Source of the DNA: Octopus vulgaris
Lineage: Eukaryota
Assembly: GCA_951406725.2 (NCBI GenBank)
Contig: OX597826.1
Span: 26,722,001-26,786,000 of the forward strand
Direction of reading: 5' to 3'
DNA length: 64,000 nt
A program made the translations under genes and the position numbers. Under the pieces are notes generated by a model. It did no database searches. It was not told where the DNA came from and saw only the letters and a program-made list of their open reading frames with translations. Below are positions 14,660 through 26,937 of the stretch, one piece after another. Every line of letters begins with the position of its first letter. The first letter of the stretch is position 1.

Positions 14660-15151
14660 CAGACTGCTGCGTTACAGGAGTTAGTCTGGTCATTTTTCAG
14701 CATAAATTCGTCTTCAAAAAATAGTTAAATTCCATGTTTATTATCGAATACCTTCAATATTTTACACGCACAGTCAGTCACACACTCACACACTCACACA
14801 CTCACACACTTACACATTCACATGTTTAAAAATATATATTTGTGAGTGTATATACATACACACACACGTATATACACACAGAGAAATCATTATATATATT
14901 TACGTATATCTATAAACGTATATATATATATAATGATTTCTCTGTGTGTATATACGTGTGTGTGTATGTATATACACTCACAAATATATATTTTTAAACA
15001 TGTGAATGTGTGAGTGTGTGAGCGTGTGACTGACTGTGCGTGTAAAATATTGAAGGTATTCGATAATAAACATGGAATTTAACTATTTTTTGAAGACGAA
15101 TTTATGCTGAAAAATGACCGGGCTCACTTCTGTAACGAAGCAATCAGATGC
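14656..15151. repeat. Inverted repeat, ~235-bp arms
   Basis: 14656-14899 is the reverse complement of about 14924-15151. Confidence 0.95.
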
Positions 15152-15964
15152 ATATCGAAGCAATCACACTTTCCAAATACCCGAACAATAATAACGGATC
15201 AGTATGATAGCTACATTGTTTCGATATCCAACTCAGTTGCCAAGCGAGGCTGCGTTATTTTGTAGCATGTCGTTTTAGTCTGTGTGATAACATTTCAAGT
15301 TTTATTTATGCGTTCATCAGTTGAAGCTTTCGCATCTAAAATTGCGAACTATATTATGACTTGGCACTGACCAAATGTATGCGAATTATTTGCAGCGTAT
15401 GATTAGGTATAATTTCGCATCTTATAAACATTAAATGTGATTTAATTAAGCATTTTATAAATACTAATGAATAGCAGAAAATGTGGTTATAGAACAGCTC
15501 ATAGAACTCTCGCAGTTCATATACATTTCCATCCAGATTATCGTGTCCCTTACACCAAAGCCACATTCTAAAACTTTTCCAATCAATTTCGTAGTAGTAA
15601 CATGTTAATATATCAGCTACGGTGATTTGATTTTCAGTCTCGGCATTCACCCGAGGTTTCCCATATTGCGTCGTTCTGAGTTGTAAACTAATTTCAGATA
15701 ACTTCATTTGAGTATATTTTCAGTTCCGAAAATCTTAATTGTCTTATGATTTGGAAAAGTAAAATTGTGGCTTCAGAAACGACAAAAGAAAGTAAATATG
15801 AAAAAGAAACAAAACGAATGTTTCCACCAACATAACAATTTGCGCAGTGCGGGTCGCAATTGTAGTGCTGTTTTTAAGTACAATGGGGTTTCTATGTAAT
15901 AAAATACATGTCGTGCAACGGAAGATACTAGAATAAATGACTTTTGTATATTTGACAATTTGTC

Positions 15965-16900
15965 ACGACTTGATCACTGAAGAAATAAGAACAGCATCAT
16001 GTGTGAAATTTTGTTTCAAAACGTTTACGTAGACTTTACTAATAGTTGAACATGCCGATGAGGAAAACTGCTATGAGTTGTACTTAACGACAAGAGCGAT
16101 ACTAGTGTTTCAAATTTGGAAGAATCTCCTTTGAAAAGGATTGTAAATCTAGAAGACTTTCCACGGATTGGCCCATATTTCTCCGTACAAAAGTGCAGTT
16201 TCTGATCTGTACAAATCTTTGGCATATTGTCTGGGAAGTTTTCAGAGTAGTAGGCTTCTGAGAAATGTTCATTTTATAAGAATTCTAGGTGCATTGTGCA
16301 ACCGTAAAATTTATGAGACGCGTCTGATCATAGAAAGCAAAAGAGTGCGATGTCACAGTCTGTGAGGTGTTGTTTCGTCTGTTTTAATGCCGAATAATTT
16401 TGCTGAAAGAAGTAATGTGGATGTGAAGCCTCAATGTCAAACTAAAAACGAAATTGTGTCAATGGGTGGGATCATCGATGCTACAACCCCATAAAAGTTG
16501 CTCAAAATCGATTTAGTATTAAGTTGAATTATCGTCTTTCTTTATTTGAAAGGTTTGGTCCGTGAAGTGTTGGTTGTACTTGACCAAATAGTCAATGAAA
16601 ACCTTTTACGTGGAGGCCCGGAGTTGTTTAAGAAAGACAGTGTGGAAGAGGAGTACTGGGGCTCAATCAAAAAAGACTTTATGCTGTACCACGGAAAAAA
16701 ACACCAGATTGCGAGTCACACATTATGCACGATAGTTTAATAAAACGTGTCGACAACCTTCAGGTTTTGGTCACTCCATGTTTTATTGTTTCGACCAATT
16801 TTAAACGATGTATGGAAGGAAAGGAAGAGTTTTCACGAGCCATACACTCTACTCATGAAAACGTATACCAGAATCTAGGAAAAACAGCTGAAAGTGAAAC
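15965..16900 (+). pseudogene. Degraded mariner transposase
   Basis: Fragments resembling CVKFCFK, K..LCQWVG.S..P.K, VF...KGLV.E....QIVN, ML.H; many stops and frameshifts. Confidence 0.65.
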
Positions 16901-18447
16901 AGCAATAGAGTAGGGAACATTTTGAGGGAGAAAGACCTAACCCTAGCAGGAGTTACTTGCCAGATGGATGGTTTTGGCAGGGATCCCTAATCATAGGTGC
17001 ACAAGTCAACTAAACATGCCCTAATAATAAAGATACATATCAGAAATGTAGTGAATAAATGCTATTCTTCAAAGAATAAAGCTATTCTTCAAATAGACAA
17101 TTGTAAAAAGAAAATAGGAAATCGCTATTAAACTATATCTACCTTTCCACTCTGTCTGAGAGTCGCTAATACAGCTATCGTTCATGCAGATACAAGTGCT
17201 ATAAAGTGCCAATCAACTATATCTCTTATATTATGCACCTCAAACTGTATGGTTCAGAGGGCACGTGGTTGAGGACACTGTGACATACGAAGCACCAATT
17301 GAATATAGAAACTGGCTGGCAAGAAATTTCCTTCATATAAACAGTACAGAAATAAGAATTGATAAAAACAGTAATAGCATTGCTATATTACATAACCGAG
17401 GTAATAAAGTCAAGCAATAGTCAGACTTACAAAGAGTTGGGGATTATTGAACTAAATGGTTTACATCACACACCAATGAAAGAAATGGTTAGAAAGCAAT
17501 ATTACAGCTAAAACTCTTCTGTTCCTGTAATAAGTTACGGGTTTAACATTCCCAACCAGTAGTTAATTAAATTATCAACAGTACAGAGGGATAAAAGAAA
17601 ATAAAGCAGAAACTGCATTTTGAATATAGCGCCCAAAAGCAAACAAGAAAATGTTATATTCACCAACGAACTCAGAGATTTGGTACTTCTTTACAGTTAG
17701 AAAACTATTAAAAATATCGATTCTAGAAGTAGGATCATATCTGGTGAGTAATAAAAGTAATAAAAATAGCTACGAGACATAGAACAACTCTAATATGTAT
17801 TTTGTCTTCGGGGAATCCAACGAATATAAAAGAATGGTTAAGGTGAAAGACAGCTGTGAGGAATACGAAGGCATAATAGAAATTATTAAAAATCTCAGAA
17901 CAGCATCAAACAATTTATTACCAGTTGCCATGCAAACACTTCGGCTAAAAAATACCACAACGATAGCAATATCCGACAGGGATGGACATATTGGAAGTGG
18001 ATAGAAAATAGATAAATGCAGTACTGTTTAAGAATATCAAGGCTCAAAGCTGAAGTAGACGTTTTATTTTTATCTACAAGACTAAAGAACTGGTAGCAGA
18101 AAACATCAATAGCACACCACGAATCGGAGTGACTGATAACTCGAAAATATGTGGATTCAGAGAAAAACTTAGCAATCTTATCGTATATAGGTGGATAGGA
18201 AGGATCTTAGCATAAACGTAGTGCATAAACCACCATTTTAGAGTTTTAGGCCTTTTGTATAAAACGATTTATTCCAATATTATGTTATACTCTGCAGAAT
18301 AAGATTGTACGGAATCAGACAACAAGATTTTGCAGGTTATGACAAAATGACCACCAAAATAAGACTTGTGGATTGACACAACTCCGGCGTTTAAGAAATC
18401 ATCCATTTGTCATTATCGAATATCACTCCAGAAATATCTCCCTGTTG

Positions 18448-18688
18448 AAGGCGGTAAGCTGGCCGAGAATGTTAGCACGCCGGGCGAAATGCTTAGCGGT
18501 ATTTCGTCTGCCGCTACGTTCTGAGTTCAAATTCCGCCGAGGTCGACTTTGCCTTTCTATCTTTCGGCGTCGATTAAGTAAGTACCAGTTACTCACTGGG
18601 GTTGATCTAATCGACTGGATCCCTTTGTCTGTCTTTGTTTGTCCCCGCTATATTTAGTCCCTTGTGGGCAATAAAGAAATAAGAAATA
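18448..18688 (+). mobile_element. SINE family B
   Basis: Head AAGGCGG..AGCTGGC.GAA..GTTAGC, B box GAGTTCAAATTCC, GAGGTCGACTTTGCCTTTC body. Confidence 0.9.
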
Positions 18689-19142
18689 TCTTCCTGTCGA
18701 CATATCAATTACAGCATATGAGAAGAAGACAAACGCTTTAACCAAATTTATTGAAGGAAACAGAAACGCTCAATATGTAGAAATCAAATGAAATTCTCAT
18801 GGTACCATAAAAAGTTATGCATGGTAGGGCTGTCTGAGAAGGATTTACCCGATCTCAATCCTTAACTGTTACGTATTATGTGAACTAAAATATAAAAGGT
18901 AAAAATCAACCACAACTTAGTAAAGTGTTAGAAATGTTTAAATGTATAACACACGGCAACCAAAAGGTTCAAGCCACTTTCCTTCCAATATGAAGATAAT
19001 TGTTGCAAATTTAGGCACAATACTGGTAATTTGGAAAGGGTGGGGTTAGTCAAATTCAGTAAGAATACCAATTTGACCTCCGCAACATTTGAACTCGTAA
19101 AGTTCGAGAAGAAATACTATAAGGGATTTGTTAGGAAGTTCA

Positions 19143-19305
19143 ACAACTCTGTCATCTTGGGACAATAATTATCAGGATTTCCAGTAGATGTTGTATTCAA
19201 AATGCAACAGGAAAGATGCCCGCAGACTTTGGGCATCAGAAAATGTGGACAAAGTGTGGACCTCGGTAGTTAACATCCGGTAGGGAGAAGAAACCGGTGG
19301 AAATC
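19143..19305. repeat. Dispersed repeat shared with 26490-26652
   Basis: AACTCTGTCATCTTGGGACAATAATTATC...GAAGAAAC..TGGAAAT occurs at both loci. Confidence 0.85.
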
Positions 19306-19823
19306 TTTGATCTCCATAAGAACAATGTCTATGCGTGACCAAACACATTTTTGCCGACAAATCAATGAATAAACAAATTGAGCGGATCAGTGGTCTTCCA
19401 TACATTATACAGACAAATCTCCGACTTTCCTCAATCAGTTGAATAGAGGACAAAGATATTTTTGGGGCAAAGATTTGAAATTGTAGGTGAAAGTAGATCT
19501 GCAAAAGCAGGTCCAATTGTGTAGACATGTATTGTTTCCAAAGAGAATTCCAGAACTGGGTTCAATGGTGACATTTAGTACTACGTTGCTTGTTGAGCAG
19601 AAACCGTATTTATACAGAGTGTTTAGAAGAAGCGCTACTCTACGAATTTGCACATTTTGAACTAGGTCAGTAAATAAAGAATATATGCTCATTTCTGCTT
19701 TAATTTCCATAGACCATCGTATTATTTGATCGCATTATAACGTATCAGTAAACTTAGCGCTGCTTCTAAACACACAATATTAATACAGAAATAATATATG
19801 TATACACAATTGGACCTTCTGTT

Positions 19824-19879
19824 ACAGCCTCGGGTCTTGTGTGTGGATTTGGTAGACAGAAACAGAAAGAAGACCGTTT

Positions 19880-19948
<69 letters not shown>

Positions 19949-20150
19949 TTGTGTGTCTGTTTGTCCCCCTTACATCGCTTGACAACCGATGCTACTGTGT
20001 TTACGTCCCTGTATCTGAACAGTTCGGCAAAAATGACTGATAGAATAAGTACTAGGCTTACAAAGAATAAGTTCTGGGGTCGATCTGTTCAACTAAAAGC
20101 AGTGCTACTGCATGACTGCAGCCAAATGACTGAAACAAGTAAAAGAGTGA
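19824..20150 (+). mobile_element. 5'-truncated SINE family A
   Basis: Body and tail homology, internal (TG)n. Confidence 0.85.
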
Positions 20151-20295
20151 AAAATTACACACACATACACGCACACACACAACACGCTTGCATTACACAG
20201 ATACTTTTATGTTTATGTGTGTGCATGTGAAATTAAGTGTATGTATGTCTGTAGTTGAGTGTGTTTTCATGCTTGTATGGGCGGATGCGTGTGTA

Positions 20296-20330
<35 letters not shown>

Positions 20331-20333
<3 letters not shown>

Positions 20334-20449
20334 GGTCCCGGGTTGATTCGGGGTTAACCACAGTAAGTAAGGTACTCAAGTAAGGTACTGAGCTTCCTGA
20401 AGATTTCTCTTGAATGAAACAGTACTAGTCCTGTAGAAGCTCCTTCTAT

Positions 20450-20456
<7 letters not shown>
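20331..20456. mobile_element. Miniature PLE-type element (inverted tail + hammerhead-like motif) in (TA)n
   Basis: 20331-20379 is the reverse complement of 46034-46082; 20391-20450 is a direct copy of 45946-46005. Confidence 0.85.
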
Positions 20457-20509
<53 letters not shown>

Positions 20510-20511
<2 letters not shown>

Positions 20512-21200
20512 AAAGGCTTCCAAATAAGGAAGCGTAGTGCTAGAACACAAAAAGGGATAAATTCCTGAAAGGAATGAAAATTAAAAACATTTACCATCTC
20601 AGCTGTATCCCAGACCGAACGGTTTCTACCTATTTTTAGCAAACACACAGAATATATTTGCCAGGCCAGGTTCTTCAGAGGAAAGCCTTCGTAATCCTAG
20701 ACACACAGACTGTTAGAAGCACATGTAGAAGCATTGTATATATAAAATTTTTCAAACCTCTGCGCAGACGCAAATCATACCCGGCGAACAGAGAGGATGC
20801 CGGTAAAAAATTTACGAACAAATTTATCAAGCAATATTTAAACATAATCAAATAGGGTAATAAAATAAATTACAGGTAATAATAATTTATTTTATTACCC
20901 TATTTGATTATGTTTAAATATTGCTTGATAAATTTGTTCGTAAATTTTTTACCGGCATCCTCTCTGTCGCCGGGTATGATTTGCGTCTGTGTAGAGGTTT
21001 GAAAAGTTAGGATATACAAACCGTTAGATCTACATGTGCTTCTAACAGTCTGTGCGTCTAGGATATAATTTGTTCATAGAAGGTTTGCCACTACGGTTTA
21101 TAATTCGCTCCAGTAGGTGAGCAACATCATCAGGACAGAATATACTAATCTCTCGGTAAAACTATAGATTATAAAGAGAAAAGAAAATTTACTCTGATAA
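20510..21200 (-). mobile_element. PLE-type terminal fragment with hammerhead motif and inverted repeat
   Basis: 20510-20690 is homologous to 33885-34055; inverted repeat 20695-20872 / 20883-21063. Confidence 0.7.
20607..20685 (-). ncRNA. Type I hammerhead ribozyme motif
   Basis: UUUCCU CUGAAGA - long helix II - GAAACC GUUC GGUC UGGGA. Confidence 0.7.
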
Positions 21201-21449
21201 CGTATCTCTCTCGATTTGGATAACGTTTTTCTCTCTATTTACATTACATAGAATACTTAATTCATAGAATAAAAGCATTCTCATTTTAACTAGCTTTTCC
21301 TTGTATATACATACACACACGCGCACGCACACCCACATATACACACACACGCACACAAACACATATTTAAGTAAATATACAGATTAATTTGGATGCTACA
21401 GATAAATAGGTCACGAAGTGCCTCTGAAACACAACTGAATAAATGAGAT

Positions 21450-21480
<31 letters not shown>

Positions 21481-21603
21481 TCACACACATGTACGTATAT
21501 GTATATGTATATATCTATATGTATGTATGTATGTGTATATATATATATATACATACACAGCCATGTATATATAAATATATGTATATATATATATATATAT
21601 ATA

Positions 21604-21998
21604 CTAGCAGTATCGCCCGGCGTTGCTCGGGTTTGTAAGGGAAATAATTATATAATCATTTTTAGAGATGTAAAGTATAATAGCCATCTCAATATGGCTA
21701 ACCACAAAGGGGGAGGGGTGTTACTGTAGCTTTTTACGTTCTGAGATTTAATAATAAATTTTAGAGAGTTACTTCCCTTATATATGTCAAAAATGGATTA
21801 AAAATGGGAAGAATTGATGGTAATTTTTTTTTTTAATCGTAGACTCATCGTAGACGCGCGCTAATACCCAGACGGTCTCGATATGAATCACGACTATAAG
21901 ATACCCGGTTTTGGTTAAACTGCACCGCAAAATGTGGGAGTAGTTAGGAATCTAAATCGTAGGAGACATACACACAACCTCACTTTTATATATAAAGA
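21604..21998 (-). mobile_element. Non-autonomous Helitron
   Basis: 5' TC, 3' CTAG, subterminal hairpin CCCGAGC-AAC-GCCGGG, inserted at A|T with no TSD; second copy at 23674-24306. Confidence 0.85.
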
Positions 21999-22097
21999 TT
22001 TCCTCTATTTACATAATATTGAGGTCTCTTTCTTTCTTTTGTTATCTTACTGTTTTTACCAATATACATATATATATATATATATAAATATATATAT

Positions 22098-22421
22098 AGT
22101 TACAGAGATGTACTTGCATAGCAAGTGACTTGATCTGAGATCGTGTGCTGGAACGAAAACAGTTGCAGCGTTGAAGGTGTTTATAAGCCATTTAAGAAAC
22201 ACACAAAAACCGTTAGATTCACTTCAACATTTAAATTTAATTTGTCAAAATATTTTCATCGCTTTGAGACCGCGATCTGTTAGCACGATATTTTTGTCAG
22301 TGAACAGGTCGCGGTCTCAAAGCGACGAAAATATTTTGGCAAATTAAATTTAAATGTTGAAGTGAATGTAACGGTTTTTGTGTGTTTCTTAAATGGCTTA
22401 CAAACACCTTCCACGCTGCAA
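22098..22421. mobile_element. PLE-type fold-back element in (TA)n
   Basis: Inverted arms 22163-22281 / 22303-22421, one-sided ~65-bp extension, hammerhead-shaped motif at 22293-22343. Confidence 0.75.
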
Positions 22422-22439
22422 TATATATATACACACATA

Positions 22440-22474
<35 letters not shown>

Positions 22475-22789
22475 GTGTATATGTGTATGCATGTATGTGT
22501 GTGTGTGTGCGTGTCTGTGCTTGTGATTGTCCTCCACCACTGCTTGACAACGAATGTTGGTTTGTTTACATCCCTGTCACCTAGTGGTTTGACAAAGGAA
22601 ACAGATAGAATAAGTACAATGCTTACAAAAATAAAACGAGTTGATTCATTAAACTACAATTCTTCAAGGCATTGCCCCAGCATGGCCACAGACCAATGGC
22701 TGGAAAAAGCAGAAGAATAAAAGAATACATTCTCTGCTTTGGTCTTATGTTCAAGGCATGAGAAAGCTTGAGTTTACATGAGAAGGCCT

Positions 22790-23165
22790 AACAGACCTGG
22801 TAGAAACAGCAGCCAAATCTCCCTCAAATCACACCTTACTGTCTTATGTATGTATATATATATGAGCCAATGAGGGGGACCTCTACATGGTAGCTAGACC
22901 TGGTAGAAATAGCAGCCAAATTTCCCCCAAATCACACCTTACTGTCTTATCTATGTATATATGTATGTATGAGCCTATGAGGGAGACCCCTACATGGCAG
23001 CTAGACCTGGTAGAAATAGCAGCCAAATTTCCCCCAAATCACACCTTACTGTCTTATCTATGTATATATGTATGTATGAGCCTATGAGGGAGACCCCTAC
23101 ATGGCAGCTAGACATGGTAGAAATAGCAGCCAAATCTCCCTCAAATCACACCTTACTGTCTTATC
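22790..23165 (+). repeat. Minisatellite, ~107-bp unit x ~3.5
   Basis: ACATGG.AGCTAGAC.TGGTAGAAATAGCAGCC recurs at 22885, 22992 and 23099. Confidence 0.95.
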
Positions 23166-23399
23166 TTTCTGCTACATGGATATAGGTGTTATATTCGTCG
23201 TAAAAAACTTTCCTGTCACACACTCACGCACACGCACACACACACACACACACGCGCCCTCACACACACACACACGCGCACACCCACACACACCCACTCA
23301 CACACACGCACGTTAGCTTACAATTTTATTTATATATTTGCGTGTCTGTGTGGAAAGAGGAAGTGGGAGGCAGAGTGAAAGAATCACTCACTACAGTAA

Positions 23400-23673
23400 G
23401 TCAATTACTTTCATTTTATTCGTTGCCCACTGTGTGTGTGCGTTTGCGTGTGCTGTAAACCAGACTAAGAAAAGCATTTGACACACACACCAGAATGTGA
23501 GTTTTCTGTAAATTTTGCTTAACTGGAGTTTAAATTTTAAAAACTGGACCTGGCATGACGCGATGCATTGTACTCTTAAAAATGCAAGGTAAATTGTAAT
23601 TGAAGAAATCCTATATTGTAGATTTGTATAACTCCCAAAGGGAGGCAGATAAAATCTGCCTTTTATAATAAGA
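23400..23673 (-). mobile_element. Second Helitron-like family, 5' part
   Basis: Starts TCTTATTATAAAAGGCAGAT with hairpin AGGCAGAT..ATCTGCCT; near-identical copy at 25492-25762. Confidence 0.6.
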
Positions 23674-24306
23674 CTAGCAGTATCGCCCGGCGTTGCTCGG
23701 GTTTGTAAGGGAAATAACTATATAAGCATTTTTAGAGAGTTATAGCCAAAAAATAGCAAAAATGCATTAAAAATGGAAAAAATATGATGGTAAATTTTTT
23801 TAAATCGTTGACTCATCGTAGACATTTTTAGAGAGTTACTTCCCTTATATAATAGCGAAAAAATGCATTAAAATGGAAAAAAAACGATGGTAATTTTTTT
23901 TTTAAATCGTAGACTCATGTAGACGCTTTCTTAGCCATTTCTGTTTTGGTGTCTTCAAGCCATGAAGTCGTTATCTAAAAGAACGCTGGTCTCCTTGACA
24001 ACGCATTACGACGTTGATTTCCTTACACTCCCTTCCCCACAGGTGCAGGTGTGAGCGTGGACGCCAACTCCGCCGCCATCGACACACGAAAAATTATGCA
24101 TTAAAATGGAATAAAAAATTATGTTAAATTATTTTTAAAATCGTAGACTCATCGTAGACGCGCGCTAATAGTCAGACGGGCTCGATATGAATCACGACTA
24201 TAAGCTACCCGAATTTGGTTAAACTGCACCGCAAAATGTGGGAGTAGTTAGGAATCTAAATCGAAGGGGACAGACACTCACACAACTACAGTTTTATATA
24301 TATAGA
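23674..24306 (-). mobile_element. Non-autonomous Helitron, longer variant with internal duplications
   Basis: Same termini as 21604-21998; repeated TAGACTCATCGTAGAC blocks. Confidence 0.85.
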
Positions 24307-24314
24307 TATACATA

Positions 24315-24917
24315 GCGCAGTAGTGGTGAGATGTGACAGCAAAGAAAAGCATACATTCACTCTCTGCATGCAATTAGACTCGGAAAGTTCGTGAGGAACC
24401 CATTGACCCAATTTGCTGACTTTTCCGATAGCACACAGGTCTCAATGAATGGTTGAATGACCAAATCCAAGCTTCTCTACTAGTTCCTCAACAGTTACGA
24501 TGAGATTTTGTTCCACCAGGGTTTTCAGGATGTCCTTGTCGAGTTCTACAGATCTTTCAGGATGAGGCTCGTCTTCTAGGCTGTAGTTTATGGCTCGGAA
24601 TTTCTGGAACCACCATTGACACTGCCTTACGCTTATTGTCCAATCCCCATATACTGCATTAATATTTCTTGTACTTTCCGTTGCGTTGTTGTCTTTATTG
24701 AACTCATAAAGCAAAATATGCCAAATATGCTCCTTTGTTACTTCCAATATAGCTTTGAAAAAAATAGCTGTTAAAATCGAAATGCACTCTTCAAAACTTG
24801 CACTATGAATAAAGACAAGATAAAATTACTACCTGCTTTTATAGCAAGTTAATATAAGTAGTTTATCCCATTCCCCTCTGACATTTAGTTCAAGCTGTTG
24901 AAAAAACCGCATTATTA
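24315..24917 (-). mobile_element. Mariner element 5' half (transposase HTH region pseudogene)
   Basis: ORF 24442-24747 MEVTKEHIWHILLYEF..WFQKFR..SLEDEP; past the stop the frame reads AIGKVSKLGQWVPHELS (mariner WVPHEL motif); putative 5' TIR at about 24890-24917. Confidence 0.9.
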
Positions 24918-25491
24918 TATATATATACATACATACATACATACATATACACACACACTCTCTCTCTCACACACATGCACACATTTATATTCTGTTATTG
25001 TTTTATACGTTTCAGCCTTGAGGTTGTGGCCATGCTGGATCATGTGTGTGTGTGTGTGTGTGTGTGTCTATCTGTCTGTCTCTCTGTATGTATATATGTA
25101 TATGTATGTGTGTGAACAATAATATTTTCAACAGATGTGTTGCAGATGTATCTGATTGTTCTCAAGCTTCAATACTGTGTGTGTGTGTATGTGTGTGTGT
25201 GTATGTATGTATGTATATGTATGTATGTATATATATGTATGTATGTATGTATGTGTGTATGTATGTATGTGTGTGTGTATGTATGTATGTGTGTGTGTAT
25301 GTATGTATGTATGTATGTATGTATGTATGTATGTATGTATGTATGTATGTATGAGTACTTTATTACTAATTTACTCTCTTCCAAGAACATTTTCACTCAC
25401 TCTTATGTGTTAGCTTCCCATACATTTTACTCATGTATCTATCAGCGTCATAGTCGTCATCGCATTCTATTGTCTACCTGTCAACACACTG

Positions 25492-25762
25492 AATTAGTTT
25501 CACTTTATTCGTAGCCCACTGTGTGTGTGCGTTTGCGTGTGGTGTAAACCAGACTAAGAAAAGCATTTGACACACACACCAGAATGTGAGTTTTCTGTAA
25601 ATTTTGCTTAATTGGAGTTTAAATTTTAAAAACTGGACCTGGCATGACGCGATGCATTCTACTCTTAAAACTGCTAGGTAAATTGTAATTGAAGAAATCC
25701 TATATTGTAGATTTGTATAACTCCCAAAGGGAGGCAGATAAAATCTGCCTTTTATAATAAGA
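25492..25762 (-). mobile_element. Second Helitron-like family, 5' part (copy 2)
   Basis: Near-identical to 23400-23673. Confidence 0.6.
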
Positions 25763-26231
25763 TATATATATATATATATATATAAGTACACGCGTGCACA
25801 CAAATATAGGGATGTGTGTGCCTGTGTGTGCGCACGCTTCATGTATCGTATATTGACACCGTAGTTAAGTTTCGCCCAGAGCTGAGCTATTCATCAGAAT
25901 CGCAAGCAACCGAGCCCCGAGGCGTAACTCAGATTCGACTGTCATCTTTTAACATAATAAACATGTCTATTTCTTACACAGAAACAAGCCTATTTATTCT
26001 AGTCGTATAGATATTAGAATTCTAGAAGATGATTAATCCTTTCGTTGCGTTTTGAGCAGGTGCTTGTTTATTAAAAAAGCCTACTTTTGAGACCAGTTTT
26101 TGAAATGCTTCAAAAATGGAAACATCGGTGGAAGAAAGAACTGCGGTTACAGTTTGACGAAGTAGTTTTACTGGGGAATGATTTCGTAGCATCATCTCAT
26201 GATTAGCCTTTTGGATTAACCACTTCTGGTT

Positions 26232-26440
26232 GAAGACGCCTGGCTTAATGGTTAGAGATTTTCGGTTCATGATAGTAAGGTCATGAGTTCATTTCACGGC
26301 GCTACGTTGTGTCCTTGAGCAGGACACTTTATTACACGTTGCATCAGCTAGCAAAAATGAGTTATACATGTATTTCAAAAGGGCCAGGTTTGTTACATTC
26401 TGTGTCAAGCTGAATCTCTCTGAGAAATACGTTAACTGTA
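26232..26440 (+). mobile_element. Degenerate SINE head D + tail 1
   Basis: GTGTCCTTGAGCAGGACACTTT followed by TGTATTTCAAA.GGGCCAG. Confidence 0.7.
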
Positions 26441-26882
26441 CAAGTTATAATGCAAAGATGTAATGAAGATATTCAATAAATTGTACTAAGAACTCTGTCA
26501 TCTTGGGACAATAATTATCTGGATTTCCAGTAGATATTATATTCAAAATGCAACGGGAAAGTTGGTCGCAGACTTTGGGCATCAGAAAATGTGGGTAAAG
26601 TGGGGACCTGAGAAGTTCACATCCGGTAGGGGGAAGAAACAGCTGGAAATATGTGGGACTGAACCTTGAGCCATGTGGTTGGTGATCGAGCCACTCCTAC
26701 AAGCGCTCCTGATGAGCAAGTCACACAGCTAAACCTGCACCTGTATATTCAACACTTTCGTAATCTTTTTCACCTCTATCCCGATTTTCTTTACTTTCAT
26801 TCATATACAGACGTACATATATGTATGTGTATATACATATATATATATATATATATACACATATATATATGTATGTACACAT

Positions 26883-26937
<55 letters not shown>

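Noticed and set aside
16920-18300. LINE ORF1 relic
   Set aside because: Purine-rich and coding-like, but no motif was secure enough to call
22790-23165. CRISPR-like regular repeat
   Set aside because: Whole units repeat with no unique spacers, there are no cas genes, and the context is eukaryotic
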